Shown piece after piece: positions 10,580-19,361 of a DNA stretch of 31,723 nt (positions are counted from its first letter, which is position 1; each line of letters starts with the position of its first letter). The notes under the pieces were generated by a model. The model was not told where the DNA came from and searched no databases. It saw only the letters and a program-made list of their open reading frames with translations. Origin of the DNA: a virus (lineage: Duplodnaviria; Caudoviricetes). The DNA is taken from IMG/VR virus record IMGVR_UViG_3300017785_000957, positions 1 through 31,723 of that record, one strand, 5' to 3'. Made by a program: the position numbers and the translations under genes.

Positions 10580-10722
10580 GTGCTAGTTCCAAACATTACC
10601 TAAAAAGCGGGAAACTCTATACTGGGGCAGTTCACAAGATGAATGGTCAAATCCATACTGGAGCAAAGCATACAGCATCTAGCAAGCCATTGACGCATTC
10701 CAAGCCTAAGCCCAAGAAATAA
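10576..10722 (+). CDS. Small His/Lys-rich phage protein, 48 aa (not in ORF track)
   Basis: MSASSKHYLKSGKLYTGAVHKMNGQIHTGAKHTASSKPLTHSKPKPKK. Overlaps both neighbours (ATGA and TAATG). Confidence 0.75.
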   Translation: MSASSKHYLKSGKLYTGAVHKMNGQIHTGAKHTASSKPLTHSKPKPKK

Positions 10723-10964
10723 TGGAAAAGCGGTTTAAAAAGGTAATCACAAATCCTGCAACGGGCCGCAAAAAAACCATTAAGTATGGTCAAGCTGGTA
10801 AAGCTGCTGATGGAGGTGATCGTATTCGTCCTTCCACAAAAAAAGCAGATGCGTATTGCGCTAGGTCAAATGCTATTAAGGGAGATTGGCGTAGTGATCC
10901 TAACTCACCAAATAATCTATCGCGTAAAAAATGGAAATGCCGTGGAAGCAAATCAATGAAATAA
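10722..10964 (+). CDS. Small basic phage protein (YCARS...WKC motif; DUF6321-like)
   Basis: AYCARS...DPNSPNNLSRKKWKC pattern; translationally coupled to the previous ORF. Confidence 0.7.
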   Translation: MEKRFKKVITNPATGRKKTIKYGQAGKAADGGDRIRPSTKKADAYCARSNAIKGDWRSDPNSPNNLSRKKWKCRGSKSMK

Positions 10965-10965
10965 T

Positions 10966-11562
10966 ATGCCACCTTTACCAATTCTAAGTGAGGCTTACAA
11001 TAAGAAAAAGCCACAAAATTATAATCAATCACTATTGACCAGTTATGCTGGCTATCCAGTAATTAACGCAAAACAATTAGGACTTACTAATTATTTTGCA
11101 GGAGAAGGAAAGAATGTGGGTGGCATGGCATGGGGAGGAAAAACAAATCCTCCTGGTCAAGGAGGAGGTGAGCCTTCATTAATCGTTCCTAATCCTTATT
11201 ACTATAAAAATAACCCAGATGGATACAATGCTCTTGTAAAACTTGAAGCTAGCAGGCATTGGATGGATGAAAATGATTATAAACCATCTTTTGGGATTAC
11301 CAAAGAAATGCAGAAATGGAGAGACAAGAATTTCAAAGACGCTGGCCCTGCTGGAGAAGCGTATAGAACCAATGATGACGCTTTCAGAAAAACAATTATA
11401 TCCAGATTTGTTGGCGGTGACAATAATGTTCCTCCTGTTACTGGAGAGCTTAGAAGGGAAGTTCAGGCGGTGACAAAAAAACTTGAGGATGCTGATGCTA
11501 AATTAAAACCAACTATTGTTGACAATTTGCTTAGTTCCATTGGATTAAAACCACAAAAATAA
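10966..11562 (+). CDS. Hypothetical protein, 198 aa
   Basis: Fills the space between flanking ORFs with 1-nt gaps. No recognisable catalytic motif. Confidence 0.7.
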   Translation: MPPLPILSEAYNKKKPQNYNQSLLTSYAGYPVINAKQLGLTNYFAGEGKNVGGMAWGGKTNPPGQGGGEPSLIVPNPYYYKNNPDGYNALVKLEASRHWMDENDYKPSFGITKEMQKWRDKNFKDAGPAGEAYRTNDDAFRKTIISRFVGGDNNVPPVTGELRREVQAVTKKLEDADAKLKPTIVDNLLSSIGLKPQK

Positions 11563-11563
11563 T

Positions 11564-11782
11564 ATGACCCAGCTACCAAAACCAACAATCCAACAAGCCG
11601 TAGAATCACTATCTGATCGTGATGAATTTAAAGTAATTATTCAGTTTGTGCGTGATGAGCGTGAAAGGTTCTTTGCTGATCTTCGCATGGCACAAGACAC
11701 TAATGATGTAATGAAAATCACAGGTTCTATTTCTACTCTTGACGAGTTGTTGAATTTATTGCATATTCCCGTTACTCAGTAA
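11564..11782 (+). CDS. Small conserved head-region protein
   Basis: 72 aa helical protein in the usual position just upstream of the scaffold gene. Confidence 0.65.
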   Translation: MTQLPKPTIQQAVESLSDRDEFKVIIQFVRDERERFFADLRMAQDTNDVMKITGSISTLDELLNLLHIPVTQ

Positions 11783-11811
11783 TTGCGTTCTGAGTTTCAT
11801 GTTCGGTGTTC

Positions 11812-11850
11812 GGGAGGGGCTAGAGTTAATTCTCTAGCCTCTCTTTTTGT
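11812..11850 (+). terminator. Rho-independent terminator
   Basis: GAGGGGCTAGAG-ttaatt-CTCTAGCCTCTC stem (one G-U pair) followed by TTTTT. Confidence 0.8.
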
Positions 11851-11884
11851 CTAAGACATAGAATGTAACTATTGAAACTTTGCA

Positions 11885-11914
11885 TTGACAGACGCATCAT
11901 TGTTACATTACATT
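11885..11914 (+). promoter_or_regulatory. Sigma70-type promoter for scaffold/capsid genes
   Basis: TTGACA-N18-TACATT downstream of the terminator and about 45 nt upstream of the scaffold ATG. Confidence 0.55.
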
Positions 11915-11958
11915 CCCGACATCGCTTTCGCTAGAGCGTATAAACTAGTGTTTTAATT

Positions 11959-13008
11959 ATGAGCAACAATCAAGCTATCGCTGGGGCTGAAGAACCAGTG
12001 TCTAATATCTCAATCGAAGAGCTTATCGCTCAACGTATTGGAAGAGCAACCGCATCAGAAGAAGAACCCTTGGAGGAATCTGAAGAGGAGTCACAGGAAG
12101 AAGATGATCTTGCCAGCCTTGAAAGCGAAGACATTGAGGAATCTGAAGACGAATCAGAGGAGGAGAACGAAGGTGATTCAGAAGAGCGGAATGAAATTGA
12201 TCTTTTGGATCTCACTACTGAGCAAATCCAAGAGCTTGCCAAAAAGGGAAAGAGCCGACTACTCCAGCGAATTGGAGAACTTACGGCACAAAAAAAAGCC
12301 CTTGAAGAAAAGCTCACGGCCCAACCTCAAGTATTGGATTCAAAGCGTGAAATCTCGCAAAATGATATTCCAGAAACTATTCGATCCATCAATTCACTTG
12401 AAGGGATTAAGAGTAAATTTGAAGAATATGAAGCTGTTATCGAGGCAACAGATGATCTTCTTCGTCAGTATCGTAAATACGATGACGATGATATTATTGA
12501 ATACCAAGGTCAAGAGCTTACCAAATTGCAGATTGAGAACGCCAATGTAAACTCTCGGAAAGCCTTAACAAAGTATCTCCCTGCTCAACAACAACATCTT
12601 GCCAAGACTGCTCACTACGAGCAATTAAACAAGCAATATGTTTCCGCTGTTGAACAAGAAGTGCCAGAAATTAACGATTCCGAAAGCGAAATTGGTAAAA
12701 ACTACGCAAACTTCATTGCTGATCCACTCATCGAAAGAGTCCGAAAGGAAATCCCAGAGATTGGGATTCAAATCGAATATATCCTTGGTCATGCAGTAAG
12801 GTCTATCTTTGCAGGAAAAAAGCTAAAAAGCACAGCTCCAGTAGTGGGAAGTAAATTGAAGGCAAGCCCGCCGTCAAACCCAGTTGGTTCTGGATCTGCT
12901 AAATCTAGCGTTAAGTCAGCACAGAAGTCTAAAGATGCATACTCAAGGTTTGAATCTTCTGGTCGCCCAGAGGATTGGATTGCTCATAGAATCGCTACTA
13001 AGTTTTAA
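11959..13008 (+). CDS. Capsid scaffolding protein
   Basis: Very acidic N-terminus, coiled-coil RIGELTAQKK, C-terminal helix RFESSGRPEDW. Immediately upstream of the major capsid gene. Confidence 0.8.
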   Translation: MSNNQAIAGAEEPVSNISIEELIAQRIGRATASEEEPLEESEEESQEEDDLASLESEDIEESEDESEEENEGDSEERNEIDLLDLTTEQIQELAKKGKSRLLQRIGELTAQKKALEEKLTAQPQVLDSKREISQNDIPETIRSINSLEGIKSKFEEYEAVIEATDDLLRQYRKYDDDDIIEYQGQELTKLQIENANVNSRKALTKYLPAQQQHLAKTAHYEQLNKQYVSAVEQEVPEINDSESEIGKNYANFIADPLIERVRKEIPEIGIQIEYILGHAVRSIFAGKKLKSTAPVVGSKLKASPPSNPVGSGSAKSSVKSAQKSKDAYSRFESSGRPEDWIAHRIATKF

Positions 13009-13038
13009 AATCAATCTTAATATCTAAAATCTACTATT

Positions 13039-14040
13039 ATGGCTATTTCTGCTACATACAATCCAAACGCCCCAGCCCAAAAAACGGGTACAGGCTCCGC
13101 AATCAGCAACCGCGAAGATCTCAGCAATGAGTTGACCTTGCTCGCACCAGAAGAAACCCCGCTCTTGAGCCTTTGCTCCAAGGGTCGTGCTTCTGGTACG
13201 TTCAGCGAGTGGACTGCTGACAAACTTGCAACTCCAGTTACTACTGGTATCTCGGAAGGTTCTGACGTTACCTCGTTCAGCGATAAGTTCTCTGATCGCG
13301 CTCGTCTTGGAAACTACGTCCAAATCTTCCGCCGTGACTACCTTGTCTCCAATCTGCAAAATGCAGTTACTTCAGTTGGCCCTGCAAACGTGGCTCAAGC
13401 TGAAGCTAAATGTATGCGTGAATTGAAGCGTGACGTAGAAGCTGCTATCTGCTCGGATAACGATCTGACTGTTGAGAATGGTGCTGGTACTCCATACGCT
13501 CTCCGTGGCCTTGGTAAGTGGCTCACACCTGCTGCAACAGCTTCGCTTAGTGGCGTTCCTACTGCATATCAAACCCCAACTGATTCGGTTCAAACTGGTG
13601 GTGCAACCCTTAGTGAAACCAACTTCAACACGATTATTGGTTCGATCTTCACCGAAAATGGTGAAGCTAATTCGCTTACCTGTATTGCTGGCGTTGCTCT
13701 TCGTAAAGCGATCTCCAACTTCACTCGCAATGATGGTGGTGCAAGCAACGAAAACATCTACATGGTCACCCAAGATGCAGTTGCTAAAAAGGTTACTCTA
13801 TCCGTCAATCTTTATGATTCCGACTTTGGTATCGTAAACATTGTCAATGGTAACCCAAGTTGTATGCCAGCCACAAGCCGTGGATATGTCATCAATCCAA
13901 AGTATCTTGCATTCAACACTCTCATCCCAATGGGTGCTACTCGTCTTGAGAACCAAGGTGGTGGCGAGCGTGGATTTGTTGACATGACTGGTACGCTTTG
14001 CGTCAAGCATCCTCGCGCACACGGCAAGATCATTGCTTAA
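13039..14040 (+). CDS. Major capsid protein (DUF5309/SU10-type HK97 fold)
   Basis: NREDLS...APEETP, EWTADKL, NYVQIF, ELKRDVEAAI and LRGL motifs; codon usage consistent with high expression. Confidence 0.9.
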   Translation: MAISATYNPNAPAQKTGTGSAISNREDLSNELTLLAPEETPLLSLCSKGRASGTFSEWTADKLATPVTTGISEGSDVTSFSDKFSDRARLGNYVQIFRRDYLVSNLQNAVTSVGPANVAQAEAKCMRELKRDVEAAICSDNDLTVENGAGTPYALRGLGKWLTPAATASLSGVPTAYQTPTDSVQTGGATLSETNFNTIIGSIFTENGEANSLTCIAGVALRKAISNFTRNDGGASNENIYMVTQDAVAKKVTLSVNLYDSDFGIVNIVNGNPSCMPATSRGYVINPKYLAFNTLIPMGATRLENQGGGERGFVDMTGTLCVKHPRAHGKIIA

Positions 14041-14072
14041 TTCATCAATTATAGAATCAACTAAATAAAATT

Positions 14073-14507
14073 ATGCCTCAACTATCTAATAACGAATCGC
14101 GCGGTTTCACCCATTATTTTCGGATTACTGGAACTGAACTTGCTACTACTGGCTATTTGACATCATCCGAAAAACTGATTGCTCAACTTCCTGCTGGTGG
14201 TATCATTACCAATGCAGCCGTAATTGTTCAAACAGCACTTGCTGGCGCGACTGATATTACCATTTCCGTTGGAAGTGTTACTGGTACGGCTACAAACCTC
14301 ATCGCTAGTACTGACTTGGATGCGCTTACTAAAGTTGCTTACAATACTGGGTCTGCTGTTGATACTGAGCCTGGACTTGTGAACAATACTGCTTCAGCAG
14401 TTCCAATCTTTGCTCGTTTTGGTGGAACTCCATCCACTCTTACCGCTGGTGACTTCACTATCGGTCTGACGATCCTTGATCTGAGCGGTATCGCAAGTAA
14501 CGCTTAA
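14073..14507 (+). CDS. Capsid decoration/cement protein
   Basis: 144 aa beta-rich T/A/G protein directly after the capsid gene and before a terminator; LPAGGIIT...ISVG pattern. Confidence 0.6.
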   Translation: MPQLSNNESRGFTHYFRITGTELATTGYLTSSEKLIAQLPAGGIITNAAVIVQTALAGATDITISVGSVTGTATNLIASTDLDALTKVAYNTGSAVDTEPGLVNNTASAVPIFARFGGTPSTLTAGDFTIGLTILDLSGIASNA

Positions 14508-14515
14508 TTAAATCT

Positions 14516-14550
14516 AGGTAGGGGAGGTTAAAATCTCCCCTGCCTTTTTC
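14516..14550 (+). terminator. Rho-independent terminator after capsid/decoration genes
   Basis: AGGTAGGGGAG-gttaaaat-CTCCCCTGCCT followed by TTTT. Confidence 0.8.
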
Positions 14551-14552
14551 TT

Positions 14553-14840
14553 ATGGACATCTCCGAAGCAGCGTTAAATCACGCACTTATTACAGAACTT
14601 TGTAGTGGTCGCAAATTCATGGAAGCTAAACAAGAGCTTCGTGAGCGTGATTGTGCAAGGGAGGCACTAGCTGCAAGGGGACACAAGAGCATTGCACAGC
14701 TTGGCAAATTGGCCGCTGTTATCCCACAACATGAATACTTTATCATGCGTGAGCGTTATGGTGAAGAATGCTGGCACGATAGAGAATTTGTTCGTGACTT
14801 CCAGAAGACGCAATCACATCTCGCTGTACATAAAATCTGA
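14553..14840 (+). CDS. Small conserved head-completion-region protein
   Basis: 95 aa with AVIP...YF...W.D.EF pattern, between decoration and adaptor genes. Confidence 0.6.
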   Translation: MDISEAALNHALITELCSGRKFMEAKQELRERDCAREALAARGHKSIAQLGKLAAVIPQHEYFIMRERYGEECWHDREFVRDFQKTQSHLAVHKI

Positions 14841-15457
14841 TGCAATATCGAACTTTCTCTGATCTTTTTGATCTTATCCAAGCACTCTGCGGAGTAAGTT
14901 TTGCCGTTATTGAAAAGCCAAGGATTAAAGCCTTGATCAATAGACGAGCGCAAAAGGCTTATCGGTCAACTAACTATTGGCCTCGTTATCTTAAAGTTGG
15001 TGAACAACGAACTGTTGACAACGGATCATTGATTGGATACACCCAATCTGGGTTGTCATCCATTGATACTTTCCTGCGAATCCACAAGATTGCTCCATAC
15101 CTAACTACATCATCCCAAGAGTATGACTTCATGGTTGGTGGGACTGGTGCAACATTGATTGCTGGTACGCTAGACCCAACTGAAGCATTTGTTACTTACA
15201 AGGCTCAAATGTCAACAACTCAACTTGGGGATGGTTCTGGAGAAGATACCAACATTCCTTACGAATGGTTTCAGTATATTGCTCATGGGACATATGCTGA
15301 CTATCTTCGTGCTGAAGGACAACAAGAGAAAGCTGCACTTGCTGATCAAGAAGCTGCTGAACTACTTCAAGATGAGTTAATCCGTATTGACGAGCAACAT
15401 ACATTGCAAATTGTTGCGAATCGGATCTTCACAAACGCAAATACTCAATCACGATAA
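14840..15457 (+). CDS. Head-to-tail adaptor (tail tubular protein A-like)
   Basis: 205 aa; INRRAQKAY...WP and IPYEWFQYIAHG motifs; position after capsid genes. Confidence 0.65.
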   Translation: MQYRTFSDLFDLIQALCGVSFAVIEKPRIKALINRRAQKAYRSTNYWPRYLKVGEQRTVDNGSLIGYTQSGLSSIDTFLRIHKIAPYLTTSSQEYDFMVGGTGATLIAGTLDPTEAFVTYKAQMSTTQLGDGSGEDTNIPYEWFQYIAHGTYADYLRAEGQQEKAALADQEAAELLQDELIRIDEQHTLQIVANRIFTNANTQSR

Positions 15458-16722
15458 TGGAATACTCACTTTCAAATTCGCTTGTAGGAGGATCTGGGTC
15501 ACTAAATCTAGATAAGTTATCGTTGGATCTCCAGTTCGCCACGGACAAGACGCTTACTGCTCGTAGAGGCCCAACCCCAGTATTTACTAGGGCGACCACA
15601 GGAACATTTGTAGGTAGTAATGGATCAATTCAATCTGCCGCAATCAATGTTGCTAGATTCGATCACGATACTTCGTATGTTGGATCAAGTGTTTATGTTA
15701 CTAGTTCCGATGCAATAGGTGACTCTGGATCTCCATTACCGAGTGAAAGAGTATACTTTGCAGGCATGGATGGTAATGGATACCCTGAGTTTACTTCAAG
15801 TATGTACTATATTAGTTTTTCATCTGGGCAATGGCTACTCAATGGAGACGCAGGTAAATTTATCGCACATTCAGATGTTGCACTTTCTGACGAGTATGTT
15901 ACCGATACTGGTACTGGTTTTGTTACTGTGCTTCTAACTCTTGCTTGCAAAGGATTGCTCATTGAGGAGTCACGGACAAACTTGGTATTCCCAAGTGCGA
16001 CTTTAACAACCCAAACGCGTACAGTTGCGGCAGTAGCTCACACGCTTTCATTTTACGGAACAGGAACAGTTGTATTGTCTGGGGTACATGTAGCAACAGT
16101 CACGGGGACTGGAGGTTTTCCAACAAGAACCACGCTTACATTTACGCCTACTGCTGGCAGTCTCACTTTAACTGTGACAGGATCGGTTACGGAAGCACAA
16201 CTAGAAGCAGGCTCGTTCGCCACTAGCTACATCCCAACAACAACTACTGCTTTAGAACGAACTGCTGACGTTTGCTCGATTACTGGGGGTGCGTTTACAG
16301 GAATGTATAATTCTTTAGCTGGAACTATTGTCGCAAGACATTTCTTCAGATCAAATAGTCTAGCTCGTCCATTTTATATTGGCGATGGGACAAGTGCGGC
16401 TAATACTATGGAAGCTTTCTGTGGATCATCAGCTATTTCTGGTATTGTGAATTCTGGCAGCTTATCACAATACTCTCAAACCGTAAATGCTGTAAATAAC
16501 ACCATGATAAACACGGCATTAGCTGTTACCGCATCAAGTGCAATGCTTGCCAGCAACGGCACACTCGCAACTGCTGGAGGCGGCTTAATGCCTGTTGGAG
16601 TTAATCAGTTTATCATAGGTAACAGACCAGATGGTGTGCGTAATATAAATGGTCACATCTCATACATCCGCTACTTCAAGAAACGCTTGCCAAACGCAAA
16701 ACTCCAAACGCTAACCACGTGA
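15457..16722 (+). CDS. Fibre/spike protein with C-terminal LamG/lectin-like domain
   Basis: FTRATTGTF, RFDHD, GLLIEESRTN, AQLEAGSFATSYIPT and NGHISYIRYF motifs of a common phage fibre family. Confidence 0.75.
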   Translation: MEYSLSNSLVGGSGSLNLDKLSLDLQFATDKTLTARRGPTPVFTRATTGTFVGSNGSIQSAAINVARFDHDTSYVGSSVYVTSSDAIGDSGSPLPSERVYFAGMDGNGYPEFTSSMYYISFSSGQWLLNGDAGKFIAHSDVALSDEYVTDTGTGFVTVLLTLACKGLLIEESRTNLVFPSATLTTQTRTVAAVAHTLSFYGTGTVVLSGVHVATVTGTGGFPTRTTLTFTPTAGSLTLTVTGSVTEAQLEAGSFATSYIPTTTTALERTADVCSITGGAFTGMYNSLAGTIVARHFFRSNSLARPFYIGDGTSAANTMEAFCGSSAISGIVNSGSLSQYSQTVNAVNNTMINTALAVTASSAMLASNGTLATAGGGLMPVGVNQFIIGNRPDGVRNINGHISYIRYFKKRLPNAKLQTLTT

Positions 16723-17048
16723 TCGACTATCTCCTTAAATTCCCAAGTAAAGCAGTAGCTGAACAATTCGGCATTGCCAATGGATTCGCACAACTGGACG
16801 AAGAGTCTGGCTTAGTTGTCTCCTCATTAGCCAGCCACACTCACGCTCTGTGCGAAATCGGCGAGCATAACGGAGACGGCAACTTTTGGGTTCTATTCCG
16901 CGACCTTGTAGACCTACCAGTTCCAGATGGTGCTGATGAGTTCATCTTCTGGTCATCAAGCATGACCTTCACAGACGATGCAGGGAGAGAGATTTCTGTT
17001 CCCCGCCCAGAATTTAACCCAGACGTACCCAGTATTTTCTGGGCATGA
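16719..17048 (+). CDS. Fibre-associated small protein (possible assembly chaperone)
   Basis: 109 aa acidic protein starting IDYLLKF and ending P.IFWA; GTGA overlap with the fibre stop. Confidence 0.6.
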   Translation: MIDYLLKFPSKAVAEQFGIANGFAQLDEESGLVVSSLASHTHALCEIGEHNGDGNFWVLFRDLVDLPVPDGADEFIFWSSSMTFTDDAGREISVPRPEFNPDVPSIFWA

Positions 17049-17106
17049 TGTCTTGTAAAATTAAAAAACAATTTTTAGAATCCTCACAATAATCAATAAA
17101 TAATTT

Positions 17107-18438
17107 ATGTCATTTGTTAAAACAGTTCCGCTTTCAAGGCTTTTTCAGTATTCTGCACCAGATGATGAGGTTGTATTGTTATCTTCCACCAATGAGCAAC
17201 CAACAGACTCATCTCAAATTAGGGACGCTATTGGTCTTGTTGGAGTAAGAGTTACAAAAGCAGATGGAACGACAACTTATTATCCAGCATCTGTCACAAC
17301 TAATAATGCGGCAGGAGATACAGCTAGGGGAGTAGCACTAGAAAATGCATTCTCTAATGCAGTTGCTGGAGATACGATTGATCTATCGGCTGGAAATTAC
17401 TACGTTGCAAAAGCTACTAGTACAATTTCTGGGATTGTGGCCCAATACGCAATCCTCGATGGAATGACCATTCGATTGAATGGTGCGAGGCTATACAAAA
17501 AATCAACAGATACTGCGTCATGTATGTTTTCAGTAAGTGCAACAAGCCTTATTGATGATTGGTCAATAATTGGGCCAGGAGTATTAGATGGTAGCTATGC
17601 AGCCAATAGTGACACAGCGGCGAGAGGTGCTGCGAGTGCAGAAATCGGCATTAATGTTACTGCTTGCCGTAGATGTAGGATTGAGGGATTGACATTCAAA
17701 AACTTTGCTGGGACAGGAATCCAAGCAACCAATGCAAGTTTCTCTTCATCTGATGAATATGGTGGTAGTGCCGCAAAGTATTCAACTGGACATATTCATT
17801 CGTGTAATGCTGATTTGAATAACATTGGTCTCGCAATATATGGTAGCAATGAATATTGGAGCATTAGTAATTCTTCATTCAATAAGAACTTAACTGGATG
17901 CGATATTTATGCTGGAAATATTAAATTCTTGGGATGCGAATCAAACGGAAACACAAATTACGCTTTGAGAATTCGCAATGGTGGCAATGATGGTCATGGA
18001 GCATGGATAGGTGGTATGATGAATCATAACCTTGGATTCTCGGTTGATGTTGAGGCGAGCATGGATAATGGATTCACATTTGCTGGTTCCCATTTCTTTG
18101 GTGACTCAGTTACAACTAATAAAATCCAATCACTTGGTGGTGGTCTTAATTTTACAGGTTGCATTATTGATTCACCATTTTTTGCAAGTGCGACACCAAC
18201 TGGTATCAATACTGTGAAGAGTTCGTTCTTCTCTGGAACGTATGCCGCTATTACTGATTTATCTGCCGCAGAACGAGCCAAGTGGAAATTCGCAAACAAC
18301 CACACGCTAACTGGAGTTTTTGCATCCGACGATATACGCACCACTTACGCTACTGATGCTGCGGCTGGGACAGGTGGAGTCCTGCAAGGTGAACTTTGGC
18401 AACAAACCACTACTGGATCTGTATTTGTAAAATTATAA
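17107..18438 (+). CDS. Parallel beta-helix (pectate-lyase-like) spike/depolymerase
   Basis: ALENAFSNAVAGDTIDLSAGNYYV start-of-helix motif, repeated Asn/Gly beta strands, C-terminal YATDAAAGTGGV motif. Confidence 0.75.
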   Translation: MSFVKTVPLSRLFQYSAPDDEVVLLSSTNEQPTDSSQIRDAIGLVGVRVTKADGTTTYYPASVTTNNAAGDTARGVALENAFSNAVAGDTIDLSAGNYYVAKATSTISGIVAQYAILDGMTIRLNGARLYKKSTDTASCMFSVSATSLIDDWSIIGPGVLDGSYAANSDTAARGAASAEIGINVTACRRCRIEGLTFKNFAGTGIQATNASFSSSDEYGGSAAKYSTGHIHSCNADLNNIGLAIYGSNEYWSISNSSFNKNLTGCDIYAGNIKFLGCESNGNTNYALRIRNGGNDGHGAWIGGMMNHNLGFSVDVEASMDNGFTFAGSHFFGDSVTTNKIQSLGGGLNFTGCIIDSPFFASATPTGINTVKSSFFSGTYAAITDLSAAERAKWKFANNHTLTGVFASDDIRTTYATDAAAGTGGVLQGELWQQTTTGSVFVKL

Positions 18439-18464
18439 TTCACATCAAATCAAAAAATAAATAA

Positions 18465-18614
18465 ATGAAAACTACAATTCTAGGAATCCTCACAATCGTT
18501 GGAGCTGTCGTATCTGCCGCCACTCAGTTTCTCTCAAGCGGGACTATTGATCTGCTTGTAATTGCACCAGTAATCACGGCTGGCATTGGACTAATCAAGG
18601 CTAAAGACCAATAA
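18465..18614 (+). CDS. Holin-like membrane protein, 49 aa (not in ORF track)
   Basis: MKTTILGILTIVGAVVSAATQFLSSGTIDLLVIAPVITAGIGLIKAKDQ: two hydrophobic segments, upstream of the endolysin. Confidence 0.7.
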   Translation: MKTTILGILTIVGAVVSAATQFLSSGTIDLLVIAPVITAGIGLIKAKDQ

Positions 18615-18615
18615 G

Positions 18616-18786
18616 GTGAGTGACCATCTCAAGAATGCAATGCATGGTGTATTTGGCACGATCATGCCAGCATTAGGTTTGATTACATCTATGCAGGAGC
18701 AACTTGAGTATGGTCTTCGTATTACTTCTCTTGCGATTGGTATATTTGTTGGCATTTTGTCATTGACAAAGTTGTTCAAAAAGTGA
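18616..18786 (+). CDS. Second holin-like membrane protein, 56 aa (not in ORF track)
   Basis: GTG start; MSDHLKNAMHGVFGTIMPALGLITSMQEQLEYGLRITSLAIGIFVGILSLTKLFKK, two hydrophobic segments and a basic tail. Confidence 0.65.
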   Translation: MSDHLKNAMHGVFGTIMPALGLITSMQEQLEYGLRITSLAIGIFVGILSLTKLFKK

Positions 18787-18795
18787 TCATTTAAT

Positions 18796-19359
18796 ATGAC
18801 CTTCGATCAAATATGCAAATTGCAAGAGAAGATTGGTGTTGAAGTAGATGGGTTCTGGGGGCCGAAAAGTACCAAGGCTTGCCAAGACCACTTAAAGTCA
18901 TTGTACCCAGAGGTGAATCATTGGCCCAAATCGGATCAAGGTAGTCTATTGGCATTTTATGGAAGGCCAGGAGATGAGTCCAAATTGGTATCTATTGGAG
19001 TTTCCCATCTAAACATGGAGTATGATGGCTCTCCAGTTGCGGTGATTCGATGCCATCAAAAGGTAGGTCAATCGCTATTTCGGGTTCTCTCCAAGATTAG
19101 TGAGTCAGAAGACAAGGACATTCTGAAGGAGTATGCTGGAGTCTTTAACAATCGTCCCATGCGTAATGGAAGGCTCCCGTCACTCCATGCTAGGGGTGCT
19201 GCCATTGACCTAGATCCAAGCAGGAACGATAATATGGATCATTGGCCAACCAAGTCATCAATGCCATTATCTGTGATGGAGGCATTTGCGAGAGAGGGTT
19301 GGTTATCTGCTGGGGCATGGTGGAGTCGCGATTCGATGCATTTCCAAGCTACCCAGTAA
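18796..19359 (+). CDS. Endolysin, M15 family zinc peptidase with N-terminal peptidoglycan-binding motif
   Basis: VDGFWGPKS binding motif; R...SLHARGAAID and DSMHFQ zinc ligands. Confidence 0.9.
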   Translation: MTFDQICKLQEKIGVEVDGFWGPKSTKACQDHLKSLYPEVNHWPKSDQGSLLAFYGRPGDESKLVSIGVSHLNMEYDGSPVAVIRCHQKVGQSLFRVLSKISESEDKDILKEYAGVFNNRPMRNGRLPSLHARGAAIDLDPSRNDNMDHWPTKSSMPLSVMEAFAREGWLSAGAWWSRDSMHFQATQ

Positions 19360-19361
19360 CA

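Noticed and set aside
10111-10596. 161-aa minus-strand ORF over the portal end
   Set aside because: Antisense to the portal and to recognisable small plus-strand genes.
12038-12550. 170-aa basic alternative-frame ORF in the scaffold gene
   Set aside because: Shadow of GAA-rich acidic codons; no proper start context.
13017-14033. Several antisense and shifted ORFs over the capsid gene
   Set aside because: Typical shadows of biased codon usage; no slippery site or extension at the capsid stop was seen.
19242-19361. Upstream extension of the HExxH ORF given by the ORF track
   Set aside because: Overlaps the endolysin catalytic end; ATG 19362 right after the endolysin stop is more plausible.
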